A stretch of DNA of 64,000 bases, from positions 183,263 to 247,262 of the forward strand of contig NZ_CALLVK010000021.1 in assembly GCF_938010525.1 (NCBI RefSeq). Reading direction: 5' to 3'. Positions 9,041-17,809 of the stretch are shown piece after piece. A program made the position numbers and the translations under genes. The stretch comes from an uncultured Abiotrophia sp. (lineage in GTDB: Bacteria; Bacillota; Bacilli; Lactobacillales; Aerococcaceae). Below the pieces are notes generated by a model that did not search any database, was not told where the DNA came from, and saw only the letters and a program-made list of their open reading frames with translations. How positions within the stretch are numbered: the first letter of the stretch is position 1; every line of letters starts with the position of its first letter.

Positions 9041-9047
9041 TCTCTTA

Positions 9048-9716
9048 TTATTTTTTTGTTGCGACCAGCTTCAACCGAGTAGGTCGAGGGCAGCAGGTTT
9101 TATCCATTAATAAGTCCACTTGTTCCAGAATGTGTTGGCACTCCATCGGTCCTTGTAAGAGGATGCCGGAGTCTCCGGAACACTGTTCAAAAATAATGAG
9201 TGACGGTGTATCTTGTACTTTCATCTCGAGCGCAATCTTTTGATCACGATAGTAGAGTTCCTTGACGTATTGAGAACGTCGGTCGCTCTCGAAGAGAGCC
9301 AAGTCCAAGCCAATATCACAGGCTAAGTTGGCCAAAAAGTCATCCGTCAGCCGTTCTAAATCAGAATTAATGCGGCTTTGCATTTCGTAGAGGTATTGAC
9401 GGCCACGGCGCTTGCCTTGCAGACCCGCTGCCCGGTAAGCCAAGGTGGCAGAATAAATCTTCTGGAAGATCTCGTTGCGATGACGCAAATCCTGAGGTTC
9501 ATAACCTAGCTGCATCATGTAACGGGCAATGAGGGGCTGACTGGTAAAGCAGAGAATATGCACATCCGTCTTGGCCGGCATTTGCTTAATCGCACGGCTG
9601 AGTTCGCGTTCTACTCTGCGGCAATCTTGCCCTAGGGGGTTAACAAAGAGATACAACTCAAATAATCTGGCCTGACCATGGCCTGATACTTGATAGGCCA
9701 CTTGTTCTTGTGGCAT
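9048..9716 (-). CDS. SpxH/YjbH-like thioredoxin-fold protein (ClpXP adaptor family, DsbA-like)
   Basis: 222 aa. Resembles B. subtilis YjbH (LYLFVNPLGQDC..., TLAYRAAGLQGKRRGRQYLYEMQ vs ALAFKAAELQGRKAGMQFLRNMQ). Confidence 0.55.
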   Translation of the reverse strand: MPQEQVAYQVSGHGQARLFELYLFVNPLGQDCRRVERELSRAIKQMPAKTDVHILCFTSQPLIARYMMQLGYEPQDLRHRNEIFQKIYSATLAYRAAGLQGKRRGRQYLYEMQSRINSDLERLTDDFLANLACDIGLDLALFESDRRSQYVKELYYRDQKIALEMKVQDTPSLIIFEQCSGDSGILLQGPMECQHILEQVDLLMDKTCCPRPTRLKLVATKK

Positions 9717-9868
9717 GCGACATTCCCTCCTCTCCGACTGGATTTCTTAAATTTATCTTAACACAAAGAATAGACAAGTTCTAATGAAATGCCTTATAGC
9801 CCGGCTAAAAGACATTGAGACTGAATCTTGCTCTGCTGGGATCAAGCGGACTGTTCTCCTTTATTTCT

Positions 9869-10072
9869 CAGTTAGCTAGTGGTCCACTCTTTAAATCGAC
9901 CACTAGCCCTCGGCTTTTTCATCGTTTTGGGCTATTTCCGACGTTTTCCATGCAGCCAGTGGTCCACTCTTTAAAGTGGACCACTGGCTCTCGGCTTTCT
10001 CGGCATTTTGGGCCCTTTTCGTCCTTTTCCCATGCTGCTAGTGGTCCACTCCAAAGAGTGGACCACTGGCTC
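9869..10072. repeat. Tandem array (2.5 copies) of an ~83-bp unit, each containing a 12-13 bp perfect stem-loop
   Basis: Copy 2 reads ccagtggtccact-ctttaa-agtggaccactgg (13-bp stem). Copies 1 and 3 carry gctagtggtc.../...gaccactagc variants. Each stem is followed by a T-rich tail ctcggctttytc...ttttggg. The array abuts the stop codon of the CYTH gene. Confidence 0.8.
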
Positions 10073-10667
10073 ATTTATTCTTCTCTAATTTGGCGTAATA
10101 GGCGCTAACTCTGGCAATTTTCTTATCAGCTGCTAGGAGCGGAAAATCGTAGGTGTGGCTTAATTTGGCTATATAGTCTTGAGCCAAGGACAGGTCTTGA
10201 GATTCTAACTCTAGCTCATAATCGACCTGATCACCATAAAGAGTCTGATCTAGCACCAACTCACCCCAGCCTAAGTCTAGGGTCCAGCGATGAGTCTGAA
10301 AACCATAGCGCATAACTAAGTCCTTGGGCTCTAGGCCTACTTGGGCTAAGGCGGCTAAGAGGCCCTTATCCTCAATCCAAGCGCCTGCCAGGCTAGTAGG
10401 CACCGAATCAAGACGCCCCACATTAGTCTGTGTAATCTCCAGAGCCTGGAACTGATCCAAAGCCTGCTTGAAGGTCCACTCACTCACTTGGTCATATTGC
10501 CGTAGGCGCAAGGCAGCCCGGGCATCCTTAAGGGCGCTCTGCTTACTATCGTAATAGTGGTTAACCTGTTGGCGCGGAGCCACCCCATCTAGCCCCAAAC
10601 CCGCCTTAAGTCGAGCAAAGCTCTCAGCCTCCAAGGCAATTTTTACTTCTTGTTCAATCAAGGCCAT
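10071..10667 (-). CDS. CYTH-domain protein (YjbK-like triphosphatase/adenylate cyclase family)
   Basis: N-terminal IEQEVKI (ExExK motif) and a later ELELE; AAAGGGGGG SD. Confidence 0.65.
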   Translation of the reverse strand: MALIEQEVKIALEAESFARLKAGLGLDGVAPRQQVNHYYDSKQSALKDARAALRLRQYDQVSEWTFKQALDQFQALEITQTNVGRLDSVPTSLAGAWIEDKGLLAALAQVGLEPKDLVMRYGFQTHRWTLDLGWGELVLDQTLYGDQVDYELELESQDLSLAQDYIAKLSHTYDFPLLAADKKIARVSAYYAKLEKNK

Positions 10668-10694
10668 ACGGCGCCTACCCCCCTTTCTTAATCG

Positions 10695-11606
10695 CTATTG
10701 TTTCTTATCCATGAGATAGTTGAGGATTCTTAGGCCAATCACCCAGCCAATTGCCGAGATTAACAAGATATAGACCCAGCCCATGGCATCTTGCTCAAAA
10801 GGCAAAGGCATATTCATCCCGAAGAAGGAGGTGATAATATCTGGAATCGTCAGGAGAATGGACACAATGGTTAAGAGTTTCATGGTGTCATTCAGGTTGT
10901 TGTTCAGGACGTTGTTATAGGTGCCCGACAATTGATGCAAAATAGTCGAGGTCAACTGGGTCATTTCCACCAATTGCTTGGCTTCAATCAAGGAGTCTTC
11001 CAACTCCTCGCGCGCTGCCTCATCTAGCAGGCGAGACATGAACTGGGTCCGCAGTTGTTCCAACAACACCACATTCTGCTTGGTGGCGGAGACAAAGTAA
11101 ACAACCCCAGTAGCCAAGTCCGACAGGGCGAAGAGGTTCTGCTTGGTGGTCTTCTGTCTGAGAACCTGGTTAAGCTGGTCGCGCTCCTGATTGATTTTCT
11201 CAACCAAAGGGAAATACTGTTCAGACACGGTATAGAGTGAAGCGAATAGGAAGGTAAAGACCGAAACCCCAGGGTTGGCATCTAGATAACGGCTGAATTC
11301 TGGGATTAGGTAAGCATTGGCCTCATTGCTGATCGTAATGAGTCGGTTGGGCTGGACAATAAAGGTCATTGGCACCGTCTCATAGTGGTAATCCTGTTTA
11401 ATGGGATTAGGGACATTATAGATGATAATAAAGGTATTGCGTTCACGGTCATATTCGGTCCGAGCCCGTTCATTACGGTCCAGGGCGTATTCGACAATCT
11501 CTTCATCTAAGCCATATTGACTGAGGAGGTCCGGCCGGGAGGCAATGGTGTCCACGTCAATATTGAGCCAGCTATCTGTCTCGTTGATTGGTCGCATGCT
11601 AATCAT
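10695..11606 (-). CDS. CorA-family divalent cation (Mg2+/Co2+) transporter
   Basis: 303 aa; FFGMNMP (GMN motif) before the C-terminal TM pair; AAAGGAGG SD. Confidence 0.75.
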   Translation of the reverse strand: MISMRPINETDSWLNIDVDTIASRPDLLSQYGLDEEIVEYALDRNERARTEYDRERNTFIIIYNVPNPIKQDYHYETVPMTFIVQPNRLITISNEANAYLIPEFSRYLDANPGVSVFTFLFASLYTVSEQYFPLVEKINQERDQLNQVLRQKTTKQNLFALSDLATGVVYFVSATKQNVVLLEQLRTQFMSRLLDEAAREELEDSLIEAKQLVEMTQLTSTILHQLSGTYNNVLNNNLNDTMKLLTIVSILLTIPDIITSFFGMNMPLPFEQDAMGWVYILLISAIGWVIGLRILNYLMDKKQ

Positions 11607-11621
11607 GGGGAGCCTCCTTTC

Positions 11622-12530
11622 TTATTTTCGGGCCAAGAGATTTTTGAGGACGCCATTAATCACTAAGCATCCAGCAATACTAATAATCAAGGTAATCAAC
11701 CAGCCCAGAGGATGATTGGCAAAGGGAATCGGCACGTTCATACCGAAGAAGCCGGTCACAAAGGTCGGTACCATGAGGATAATCTCTAGCTTGGTCAGAA
11801 TTCGAAAAATATCGTTCAAGTTATTATTTAAGACATTGTTATAGGTGTCTGACAGTTGTTGTAGGGTTTGGCCGGTCAACTGGGTCATTTCCACTAACTG
11901 GCGCGCTTCAATCAGGGTATCTTCCAATTGCTCCCGCTCCACTTCTGTTAGCGAGCGGAAAACCAATAAGGTCCGTAATTGCTCCAAGAGGACGGTATTC
12001 TGCTTGCTGGCAGTGATGAAATAGACCATGCCGGTCTCCATATCCGATAAGGCCAGGAGATTCTCCCTCGTGGTCTTGTCACGCAAGAGCCGGGTCAACT
12101 GATCTCGTTCACGGTTGATTTCTTCAACCAAAGGGAAGTACTCATCCGTCACCCGATAGAGGGCTTCGAATAGAAAGCCGAAGAGGCTTTGCTCTGGCTC
12201 TAACTCTAGATTGCGATGCATACGTTGTAAAATATAGGCATTTTCCTCGTTACTGATTGTAATCAGGCGATGCTTTTGAACGATGAAGGTCATCGGTACG
12301 GTCTCATAGTGCCGGGTCTGCTTAATGCGATTGGGCACATTGAAAATCAGGACGAAGGTATGGCTCTGGCGATCATAATCCACCCGAGCCCGCTCATTAC
12401 GGTCGGCCGCATATTCGATTATCTCATCGTCCAAGTCGAACTCCTCGATCCACTCGGGATGTTTTTCTAGGGCATCCGCTTCAATATTAATCCAGACATC
12501 CTGGGCGTTCAGGGGGACACTGCGAATCAT
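11622..12530 (-). CDS. CorA-family divalent cation transporter (tandem paralog)
   Basis: FFGMNVP GMN motif; about 50% identical to its neighbour by eye. Start set at the internal ATG (MIRSVPLN...) with AAAGGAGGG 8 nt upstream. Confidence 0.75.
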   Translation of the reverse strand: MIRSVPLNAQDVWINIEADALEKHPEWIEEFDLDDEIIEYAADRNERARVDYDRQSHTFVLIFNVPNRIKQTRHYETVPMTFIVQKHRLITISNEENAYILQRMHRNLELEPEQSLFGFLFEALYRVTDEYFPLVEEINRERDQLTRLLRDKTTRENLLALSDMETGMVYFITASKQNTVLLEQLRTLLVFRSLTEVEREQLEDTLIEARQLVEMTQLTGQTLQQLSDTYNNVLNNNLNDIFRILTKLEIILMVPTFVTGFFGMNVPIPFANHPLGWLITLIISIAGCLVINGVLKNLLARK

Positions 12531-12645
12531 GGCGCCACCCTCCTTTCCTATTTTTCTCACCTCCTTATTATACCGAAATTGGACTTAAAAAGTAAACGTA
12601 AAGGGTCCTTACCCAAAAAGGATAAAAATTCTGTTAGAAATAACA

Positions 12646-12674
12646 TTGAACACCCTTACATTTAGTCGTATAAT
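12646..12674 (+). promoter_or_regulatory. Sigma-A-type promoter for galK
   Basis: TTGAAC, 17-nt spacer, TATAAT; AGGAGG SD 7 nt before the galK ATG. Confidence 0.45.
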
Positions 12675-12720
12675 AGAACTATATTACTCAATTATCTAGC
12701 TAGTACTAGGAGGAACTTGT

Positions 12721-13896
12721 ATGGAATTATCTGCTTTACACACTCGATTTCAAGAAGTTTTTGAATCTGAACCCGGCCGGGCCTTCTTCGCGCCTGGGCG
12801 AATTAACCTGATTGGTGAACACACAGACTATAATGGTGGACGGGTCTTCCCTTGTGCCATCACCCAAGGGACCTACGGTATTGCCCGTCGACGTCAAGAT
12901 AGCTTAGTTCGTTGCTATTCTCTCAACTTCGAAGAAGCTGGCCTCATCAGCTTTGATCTATCACAAGAGCTAGTCAATCGACCAGAAGATAGCTGGACTA
13001 ACTTTGTCAAAGGCGAAGTCAAATTCTTGCGCCAAGCCGGCCACACCATCGACCAAGGCTTCGACCTCTTGGTATATGGCAATATCCCTAACGGGGCAGG
13101 TCTCTCAAGTTCTGCTTCCTTGGAATTATTGGTAGGTATTACGTTGGAATCCCTCTTCGACTTGACCTTAACCCGTCTAGATTTAGTCAAGATTGGCCAA
13201 CAAGTCGAGAACCACTTCATTGGCGTTAATTCTGGTATCATGGATCAATTCGCCATCGGCATGGGGGCCAAAGACATGGCCATCTATCTGGATACTAATA
13301 GCCTAGATTATGAACTAGTCCCTGCGGCTTTCGGCGAACACCTAGTACTGATTATGAATACCAACAAACGCCGCGAGTTAGCAGATTCAAAATATAATGA
13401 ACGTCGTAGCCAGTGCGAGGAAGCCCTGCGCCGTCTGCAAGCAGGTGGCATGCAAATCCAAAGTCTGGGCCAATTGAGCCCTGATGGCTTTGAAACTAGC
13501 CGTCATCTGATTAATGACGAAGTCTTAGAGCGCCGGGCTAAACACGCGGTCTACGAGAATCAACGGACGGTCCAAGCCAAAGAAGCCTTGACTGCTGGTG
13601 ATTTGGAGACTTTCGGCCAACTCCTTAATGCTTCTCATCTGAGCTTACAGGAAGACTATGAAGTGACCGGTCGTGAGCTCGATACCCTAGTTCACACGGC
13701 GTGGCAACAAGAAGGCGTCCTAGGCGCTCGCATGACGGGTGCCGGCATGGGCGGATGTGCCATTGCCTTAGTAGCTAAAGATGCCGTTGAGGCTGTTCAA
13801 GCAGCCATTGGCCAAGCCTATGAGGCAAGTATTGGCTACCCTGCTAGCTTCTATATTGCCCAAGTTGGCGCTGGCGCCCACGCTCTAGCTGACTAA
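12721..13896 (+). CDS. galK: Galactokinase
   Basis: Signature [15 protein letters not shown]; GHMP kinase motifs; 391 aa. Confidence 0.9.
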   Translation: MELSALHTRFQEVFESEPGRAFFAPGRINLIGEHTDYNGGRVFPCAITQGTYGIARRRQDSLVRCYSLNFEEAGLISFDLSQELVNRPEDSWTNFVKGEVKFLRQAGHTIDQGFDLLVYGNIPNGAGLSSSASLELLVGITLESLFDLTLTRLDLVKIGQQVENHFIGVNSGIMDQFAIGMGAKDMAIYLDTNSLDYELVPAAFGEHLVLIMNTNKRRELADSKYNERRSQCEEALRRLQAGGMQIQSLGQLSPDGFETSRHLINDEVLERRAKHAVYENQRTVQAKEALTAGDLETFGQLLNASHLSLQEDYEVTGRELDTLVHTAWQQEGVLGARMTGAGMGGCAIALVAKDAVEAVQAAIGQAYEASIGYPASFYIAQVGAGAHALAD

Positions 13897-13899
13897 ATC

Positions 13900-15453
13900 A
13901 TGATGAATGCTTGTCAAAAAACCAGGCAAGCAGAGAGGACGAACGCTGTGACTATTCCAATTGACCAAACCATCCACCATTTTGTCAGCCGCGCCATCCA
14001 AGATGGCTGGCTAGACCCCTTAGATTACGATTACACCGTCAACCAGCTTTTAGCACGTCTAGCTTTAGACGGACTAGATCCTTGTGACCAAGCCCTAGAT
14101 TCTGGGCTGACTCTCTTGGATTATCTAGACCAGTTAGAAGCCTATGCCCTGGAACAAGGCTTAATTGCAGACTCTGCCTTCGGCCGCGAAGCCTTTGAGG
14201 CGGCTATTATGGATTTGTTGACGCCTCTACCTTCTGTGCTCAACCAACGTTTCTGGGCTCTTTACCAAGAAGCGCCTGAACGGGCGACCGATTATTTCTA
14301 TGCCTTGTCGCGGGCCAATGACTATATTAAGACCCGCCACATTGCCAAGAATATTGCCTTTAGCGCGGCCAGCGACTACGGCAACTTACAGATTACCATC
14401 AACCTTTCCAAACCTGAGAAGGATCCCAAGGATATTGCCGCGGCTAAATTAGCTAAGCCAAGCCACTATCCTAAGTGCCTGCTCTGTATGCAGAACGAAG
14501 GCTACCGTGGACGCACCAATCATCCCGCTCGCCAGAACCACCGCCTGATTCGTCTATCGCTAGGTGGCGGAAACTATGGCATGCAGTACTCGCCTTATGT
14601 CTACTATAACGAGCACAGCATCTTCCTCAACCAGGAGCATGTGCCCATGAAGGTCGACCGTGCTTGCTTTGAGCATCTGCTGGACATTATCGAGGTACTA
14701 CCACATTATTTCGCCGGTTCCAATGCCGACTTACCAATTGTGGGCGGTTCAATTCTCTCCCACGACCACTATCAGGGCGGGCGTCACACCTTCCCTATGG
14801 ATCAGGCTCCGGCCTATGACACTGCCAATCTCACTGCCTTTCCAGATTTAAGCGTTGAGTTAGTCAAATGGCCCTTATCTGTTATTCGCCTACGTAGCCA
14901 GGATAAAGCCCCACTGGTGGATGCAGCGACGGCGCTCCTCGACTTCTGGCGTGGTTACAGTGATGAATCCTGTGACATCCTGGCCTTTAGTGGAGAAACC
15001 CCGCATAATACTATTACGCCAATCGCTAGACGTCGAGATGGCGCCTACGAGTTGGACTTGGTGCTGCGCAACAACCGGACCAGCGAGACCTATCCGGATG
15101 GCCTCTTCCATCCACATCCTGACGTGCAACACATCAAGAAAGAAAATATCGGCCTGATTGAAGTCATGGGCTTGGCAATCTTGCCACCTCGCCTAGTGGG
15201 CGAGCTAGCCACCATCAAGGACTTCTTACTAGGCCAAGCCTCCTTGGATCAAGTAGCTGACTATCATCAAAGCTGGGCTCAAGACTTGGCTGCTAGCCAT
15301 CCTGATGTAATCCCTGACCAAGTCGATCGTCTACTCCAAGCAGCTGTGGGCGCTAAATTCGCCCGCGTCCTTGAAGACGCTGGAGTCTACAAACAAACCT
15401 CAGAAGGTCGCGCCGGACTTCGTCGCTTTCTAGATGCCTTTAACCAGGCTTAA
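13900..15453 (+). CDS. galT: Galactose-1-phosphate uridylyltransferase, type 2
   Basis: Long Gram-positive-type GalT about 500 aa. The start is uncertain: a GTG near 13954 with a GAGAGGA SD would give 499 aa. Confidence 0.8.
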   Translation: MMNACQKTRQAERTNAVTIPIDQTIHHFVSRAIQDGWLDPLDYDYTVNQLLARLALDGLDPCDQALDSGLTLLDYLDQLEAYALEQGLIADSAFGREAFEAAIMDLLTPLPSVLNQRFWALYQEAPERATDYFYALSRANDYIKTRHIAKNIAFSAASDYGNLQITINLSKPEKDPKDIAAAKLAKPSHYPKCLLCMQNEGYRGRTNHPARQNHRLIRLSLGGGNYGMQYSPYVYYNEHSIFLNQEHVPMKVDRACFEHLLDIIEVLPHYFAGSNADLPIVGGSILSHDHYQGGRHTFPMDQAPAYDTANLTAFPDLSVELVKWPLSVIRLRSQDKAPLVDAATALLDFWRGYSDESCDILAFSGETPHNTITPIARRRDGAYELDLVLRNNRTSETYPDGLFHPHPDVQHIKKENIGLIEVMGLAILPPRLVGELATIKDFLLGQASLDQVADYHQSWAQDLAASHPDVIPDQVDRLLQAAVGAKFARVLEDAGVYKQTSEGRAGLRRFLDAFNQA

Positions 15454-15503
15454 AGCAATGATTATCCCAAGTGGCTCAATGTCACTTGGGATTTACTTTA
15501 TGC

Positions 15504-15541
15504 AAAAAGACTCCTCCTTGTCGATACAAGGAGGAGTTTTA
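15504..15541. terminator. Bidirectional rho-independent terminator between convergent galT and the aminotransferase operon
   Basis: gactcctcctt...aaggaggagt 11-bp stem flanked by an A-run and T-run. Confidence 0.7.
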
Positions 15542-15551
15542 AATAATTTGC

Positions 15552-16745
15552 TTATTTCTTGAGGCCTAACTCAGCCGCTAGAGCCTGCCAAGCCTTGAGC
15601 GAACGCTCAACTACTTCCATCTTGACACAGTAGGACAGACGGACATAACCTTCACAGCCGAAACCAGAACCTGGCACGACCAGGATTTGGTGTTTGTCCG
15701 CTACATAGTTAGCAAATTCAACAGAACTTTCAAAATTAGCTGGCACCTTCATGAAGAAGTAGAAAGCCCCCTCTGGCAAGTTGGTCTCGAAACCAAGGGC
15801 CGTTAGTTCCTTATAGAGCAGGTCACGTTTAGCTTGGTAGTCCGCTACATCAGGCAAGACATCCAGGAACTCTGCTACGACCTTTTGAGCCAAAGCAGGC
15901 GCATTGTTGAAACCCAAGGTCCGGTTACAGAAGATCAGGGCATCCATTAAAGTTTCCACTTCTGGCACATCTGCCCCAACCGCGATGTAACCAATCCGTT
16001 CACCCGCCAAGCCTAGGGACTTGGAGAAGGAGTTAACCACAATAGCATGTTCATAAATATCGAGAACATTCGGCACTTGGTGGCCATCGTAGGTAATGGT
16101 CGCATAAGGTTCATCTGACACTAAGAAAATTGGTTGACCAAATTCTGCTGACTTTTCACGTAATACCCCAGCTACTGCCTCTAAATCTTGACGTGAATAG
16201 ATGCGACCGGTTGGGTTGTTAGGAGAGTTCAACAAGAGAATCCGAGTATCAGGTTGAATGGCCTGGCGCAAGCCTTCGATATTTGGTAAGAAGTCAGTTG
16301 ATTCGGTTTCTACTGTATCCAAATGAGCGCCCACGTTTTGAGCATAGAAACCATACTCAACGAAGTAAGGTGCGAAGGTCACGATGCGCTCGCCTGGGTT
16401 CAAGATAGCCTTGAACAAGACGTTAAGAGCACCTGCTGCCCCGGTCGTCATGACAATATGGCTAGCAGGGATTGGCTTTTCAGAGCGTGCGCTATAATAA
16501 GCAGCCACCTTCTCGCGTACATCTGGGAAACCAGCGTTTGGCATATAGCGGTGTACACCAGGTTGGTCGACCAATTCCTTCATGCGTTCACGCAAGTCTA
16601 CTGGTGGTTCAGCAAAGGGATTCCCGATGGAGAAGTCATAGACATTCTCTGGACCATATTGCTTGGCCAACTCCAGGCCTTTTTCGAACATCTTACGGAT
16701 AAAACTTGCATTAGCACAGTTCTTTACGATTTGTTTTGAATACAT
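15552..16745 (-). CDS. PLP-dependent aminotransferase, class I/II (aspartate/aromatic aminotransferase-like)
   Basis: Internal ATG (MYSKQIVKN...) with an AAGGAAG SD. Fold-type I aminotransferase motifs (SFSKSLGLAGERIGY). Confidence 0.75.
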   Translation of the reverse strand: MYSKQIVKNCANASFIRKMFEKGLELAKQYGPENVYDFSIGNPFAEPPVDLRERMKELVDQPGVHRYMPNAGFPDVREKVAAYYSARSEKPIPASHIVMTTGAAGALNVLFKAILNPGERIVTFAPYFVEYGFYAQNVGAHLDTVETESTDFLPNIEGLRQAIQPDTRILLLNSPNNPTGRIYSRQDLEAVAGVLREKSAEFGQPIFLVSDEPYATITYDGHQVPNVLDIYEHAIVVNSFSKSLGLAGERIGYIAVGADVPEVETLMDALIFCNRTLGFNNAPALAQKVVAEFLDVLPDVADYQAKRDLLYKELTALGFETNLPEGAFYFFMKVPANFESSVEFANYVADKHQILVVPGSGFGCEGYVRLSYCVKMEVVERSLKAWQALAAELGLKK

Positions 16746-16767
16746 AGATATCTTCCTTTCATAAGGG

Positions 16768-17805
16768 CTAGACGGATTTCTTTGTCTCTTCTTGGTCTTG
16801 CTCAGCAGCAAAGTATTCTTGTCGCCAACGTAAACCGTTGAAGAGCCCTACAATGGTTCCTACCCCATAGGCTAGATGGACTGCTAACAAGAGGAAGGGC
16901 ATGGCCAAATAGTGTGGTAGGAAGCCTTCCTTACGGATCGTGAGACCTGTTACGGTAGCCATAGCGCCAAAGTAGGCCAGGGCCAAGAGTCCTAAGAACC
17001 AGCCTGTTACAGGCAACATAAGGATAGAGAAAATCACCGCTAAGGTGAAGACAAATGGTACAAAATGATAGAGCGATAGGCAAGATGGCCGAACATGACT
17101 GGTCATGCCAATCCAGTAACCATTGCTATATTTTTGCTTAACCATCTTTTGGAAGTTAGGTCTCATATATTGATAGGAGACAATTCTAGGATCGTACTTA
17201 ATCTGATAACCAGCCTTAAGCAGACGGTCATGGATTTCATTGTCCTCTGTTCGGCCTAGACGCTCATCTAGTTCCCCAACATGGTCGAAGACAGACTTCT
17301 TATACATGCCATGGAAAATCGATTTGACATAGCGAGGGCTATCAGCCTTACGGTAAGAGGCAATGCTACTACCTAGCATGGCTTCTTCCACCTGATGCAG
17401 GGTCTTGCTCCATGGATCATCTGATTCAATGATGGTCGGACGCTTACCGCCACAGATGAATTCTCCCTGAGAAATAACCGCCACGTTCTGTTCCACAAAA
17501 TCTTCAGGAATGGTCGCATGGGCATCTACCTTAAGGACACATTCCCCGCGTGCCACCTTAATGCCTTCATTCAAGCCGGCCGCCAGTGATTTGCGTAGGT
17601 TGTTATGGACTTGGATATCGTAGAATTCATCGCGGAACTGAGCTTGAAAATCTAGCATCAGATCTCGGGTTTTATCGGTCGACATGGAATTCATGAGGAT
17701 AATTTCAATTTGATCGTGGGGATAGGTCTGATTGAGGAAATCTGAGAAGAGGCCTGGCAAATAGGACTCTTCGTTCATTGCTGTCGTGATAATTGATACT
17801 AACAT
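16768..17805 (-). CDS. Membrane-anchored GT2 glycosyltransferase (GtrB/ArnC/DPM1-like polyprenyl-phosphate sugar transferase type)
   Basis: MLVSIITTAMNEE start with AAAGGAG 9 nt upstream; GT2 N-terminal domain plus C-terminal hydrophobic segments. Confidence 0.7.
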   Translation of the reverse strand: MLVSIITTAMNEESYLPGLFSDFLNQTYPHDQIEIILMNSMSTDKTRDLMLDFQAQFRDEFYDIQVHNNLRKSLAAGLNEGIKVARGECVLKVDAHATIPEDFVEQNVAVISQGEFICGGKRPTIIESDDPWSKTLHQVEEAMLGSSIASYRKADSPRYVKSIFHGMYKKSVFDHVGELDERLGRTEDNEIHDRLLKAGYQIKYDPRIVSYQYMRPNFQKMVKQKYSNGYWIGMTSHVRPSCLSLYHFVPFVFTLAVIFSILMLPVTGWFLGLLALAYFGAMATVTGLTIRKEGFLPHYLAMPFLLLAVHLAYGVGTIVGLFNGLRWRQEYFAAEQDQEETKKSV

Positions 17806-17809
17806 AGGA

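Larger units (their letters stand above)
5840..9047. other. AT-rich genomic islet, probably horizontally acquired, carrying a methyltransferase plus OLD-like nuclease pair
   Basis: GC drops sharply by eye (long A/T runs, AAA/TTA/ATT codons) compared with ~50% GC flanks. Only two genes are present, with gene-free AT-rich margins (5840-6117 and 8684-9047). No integrase or transposase. Confidence 0.6.

Noticed and set aside
5840-9047. AT-rich islet as an IS element, prophage remnant or integrative element
   Set aside because: No transposase, integrase, recombinase, terminal inverted repeats or obvious flanking direct repeats could be found by eye. It is called only as a compositionally foreign islet.
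9869-10072. Possible CRISPR array
   Set aside because: Units are directly contiguous (about 83 bp) with no unique spacers, each unit is itself a long palindrome plus tail, and no cas genes are present. It is not a CRISPR.
9815-10108. 97-aa plus-strand ORF spanning the tandem hairpin repeats
   Set aside because: Its amino-acid sequence is just the repeat translated three times (SGPLFKSTTSPRLFHRFG..., then repeating). It has no SD and is antisense-adjacent to real genes, so it is an artefact of the repeat and not a gene.
11024-11281. Overlapping small ORFs inside CorA, aminotransferase (16323-16739), pepF (20547-21107), GatC (30823-31709), GH35 (38990-40047), the hypothetical 44280-45179 (44316-45051), ClC (54974-56086) and others
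   Set aside because: Each lies in an alternative frame or antisense within a strongly supported longer CDS, with biased Pro/Arg/Ser-rich compositions typical of out-of-frame translation.
12561-12720. cre (CcpA) site or Mg riboswitch in the galK / CorA-2 divergent region
   Set aside because: Only a weak partial cre-like string (agtaaacgtaaag) is present. The region is about 160 bp and shared with a promoter, which is too short and unstructured for an M-box.
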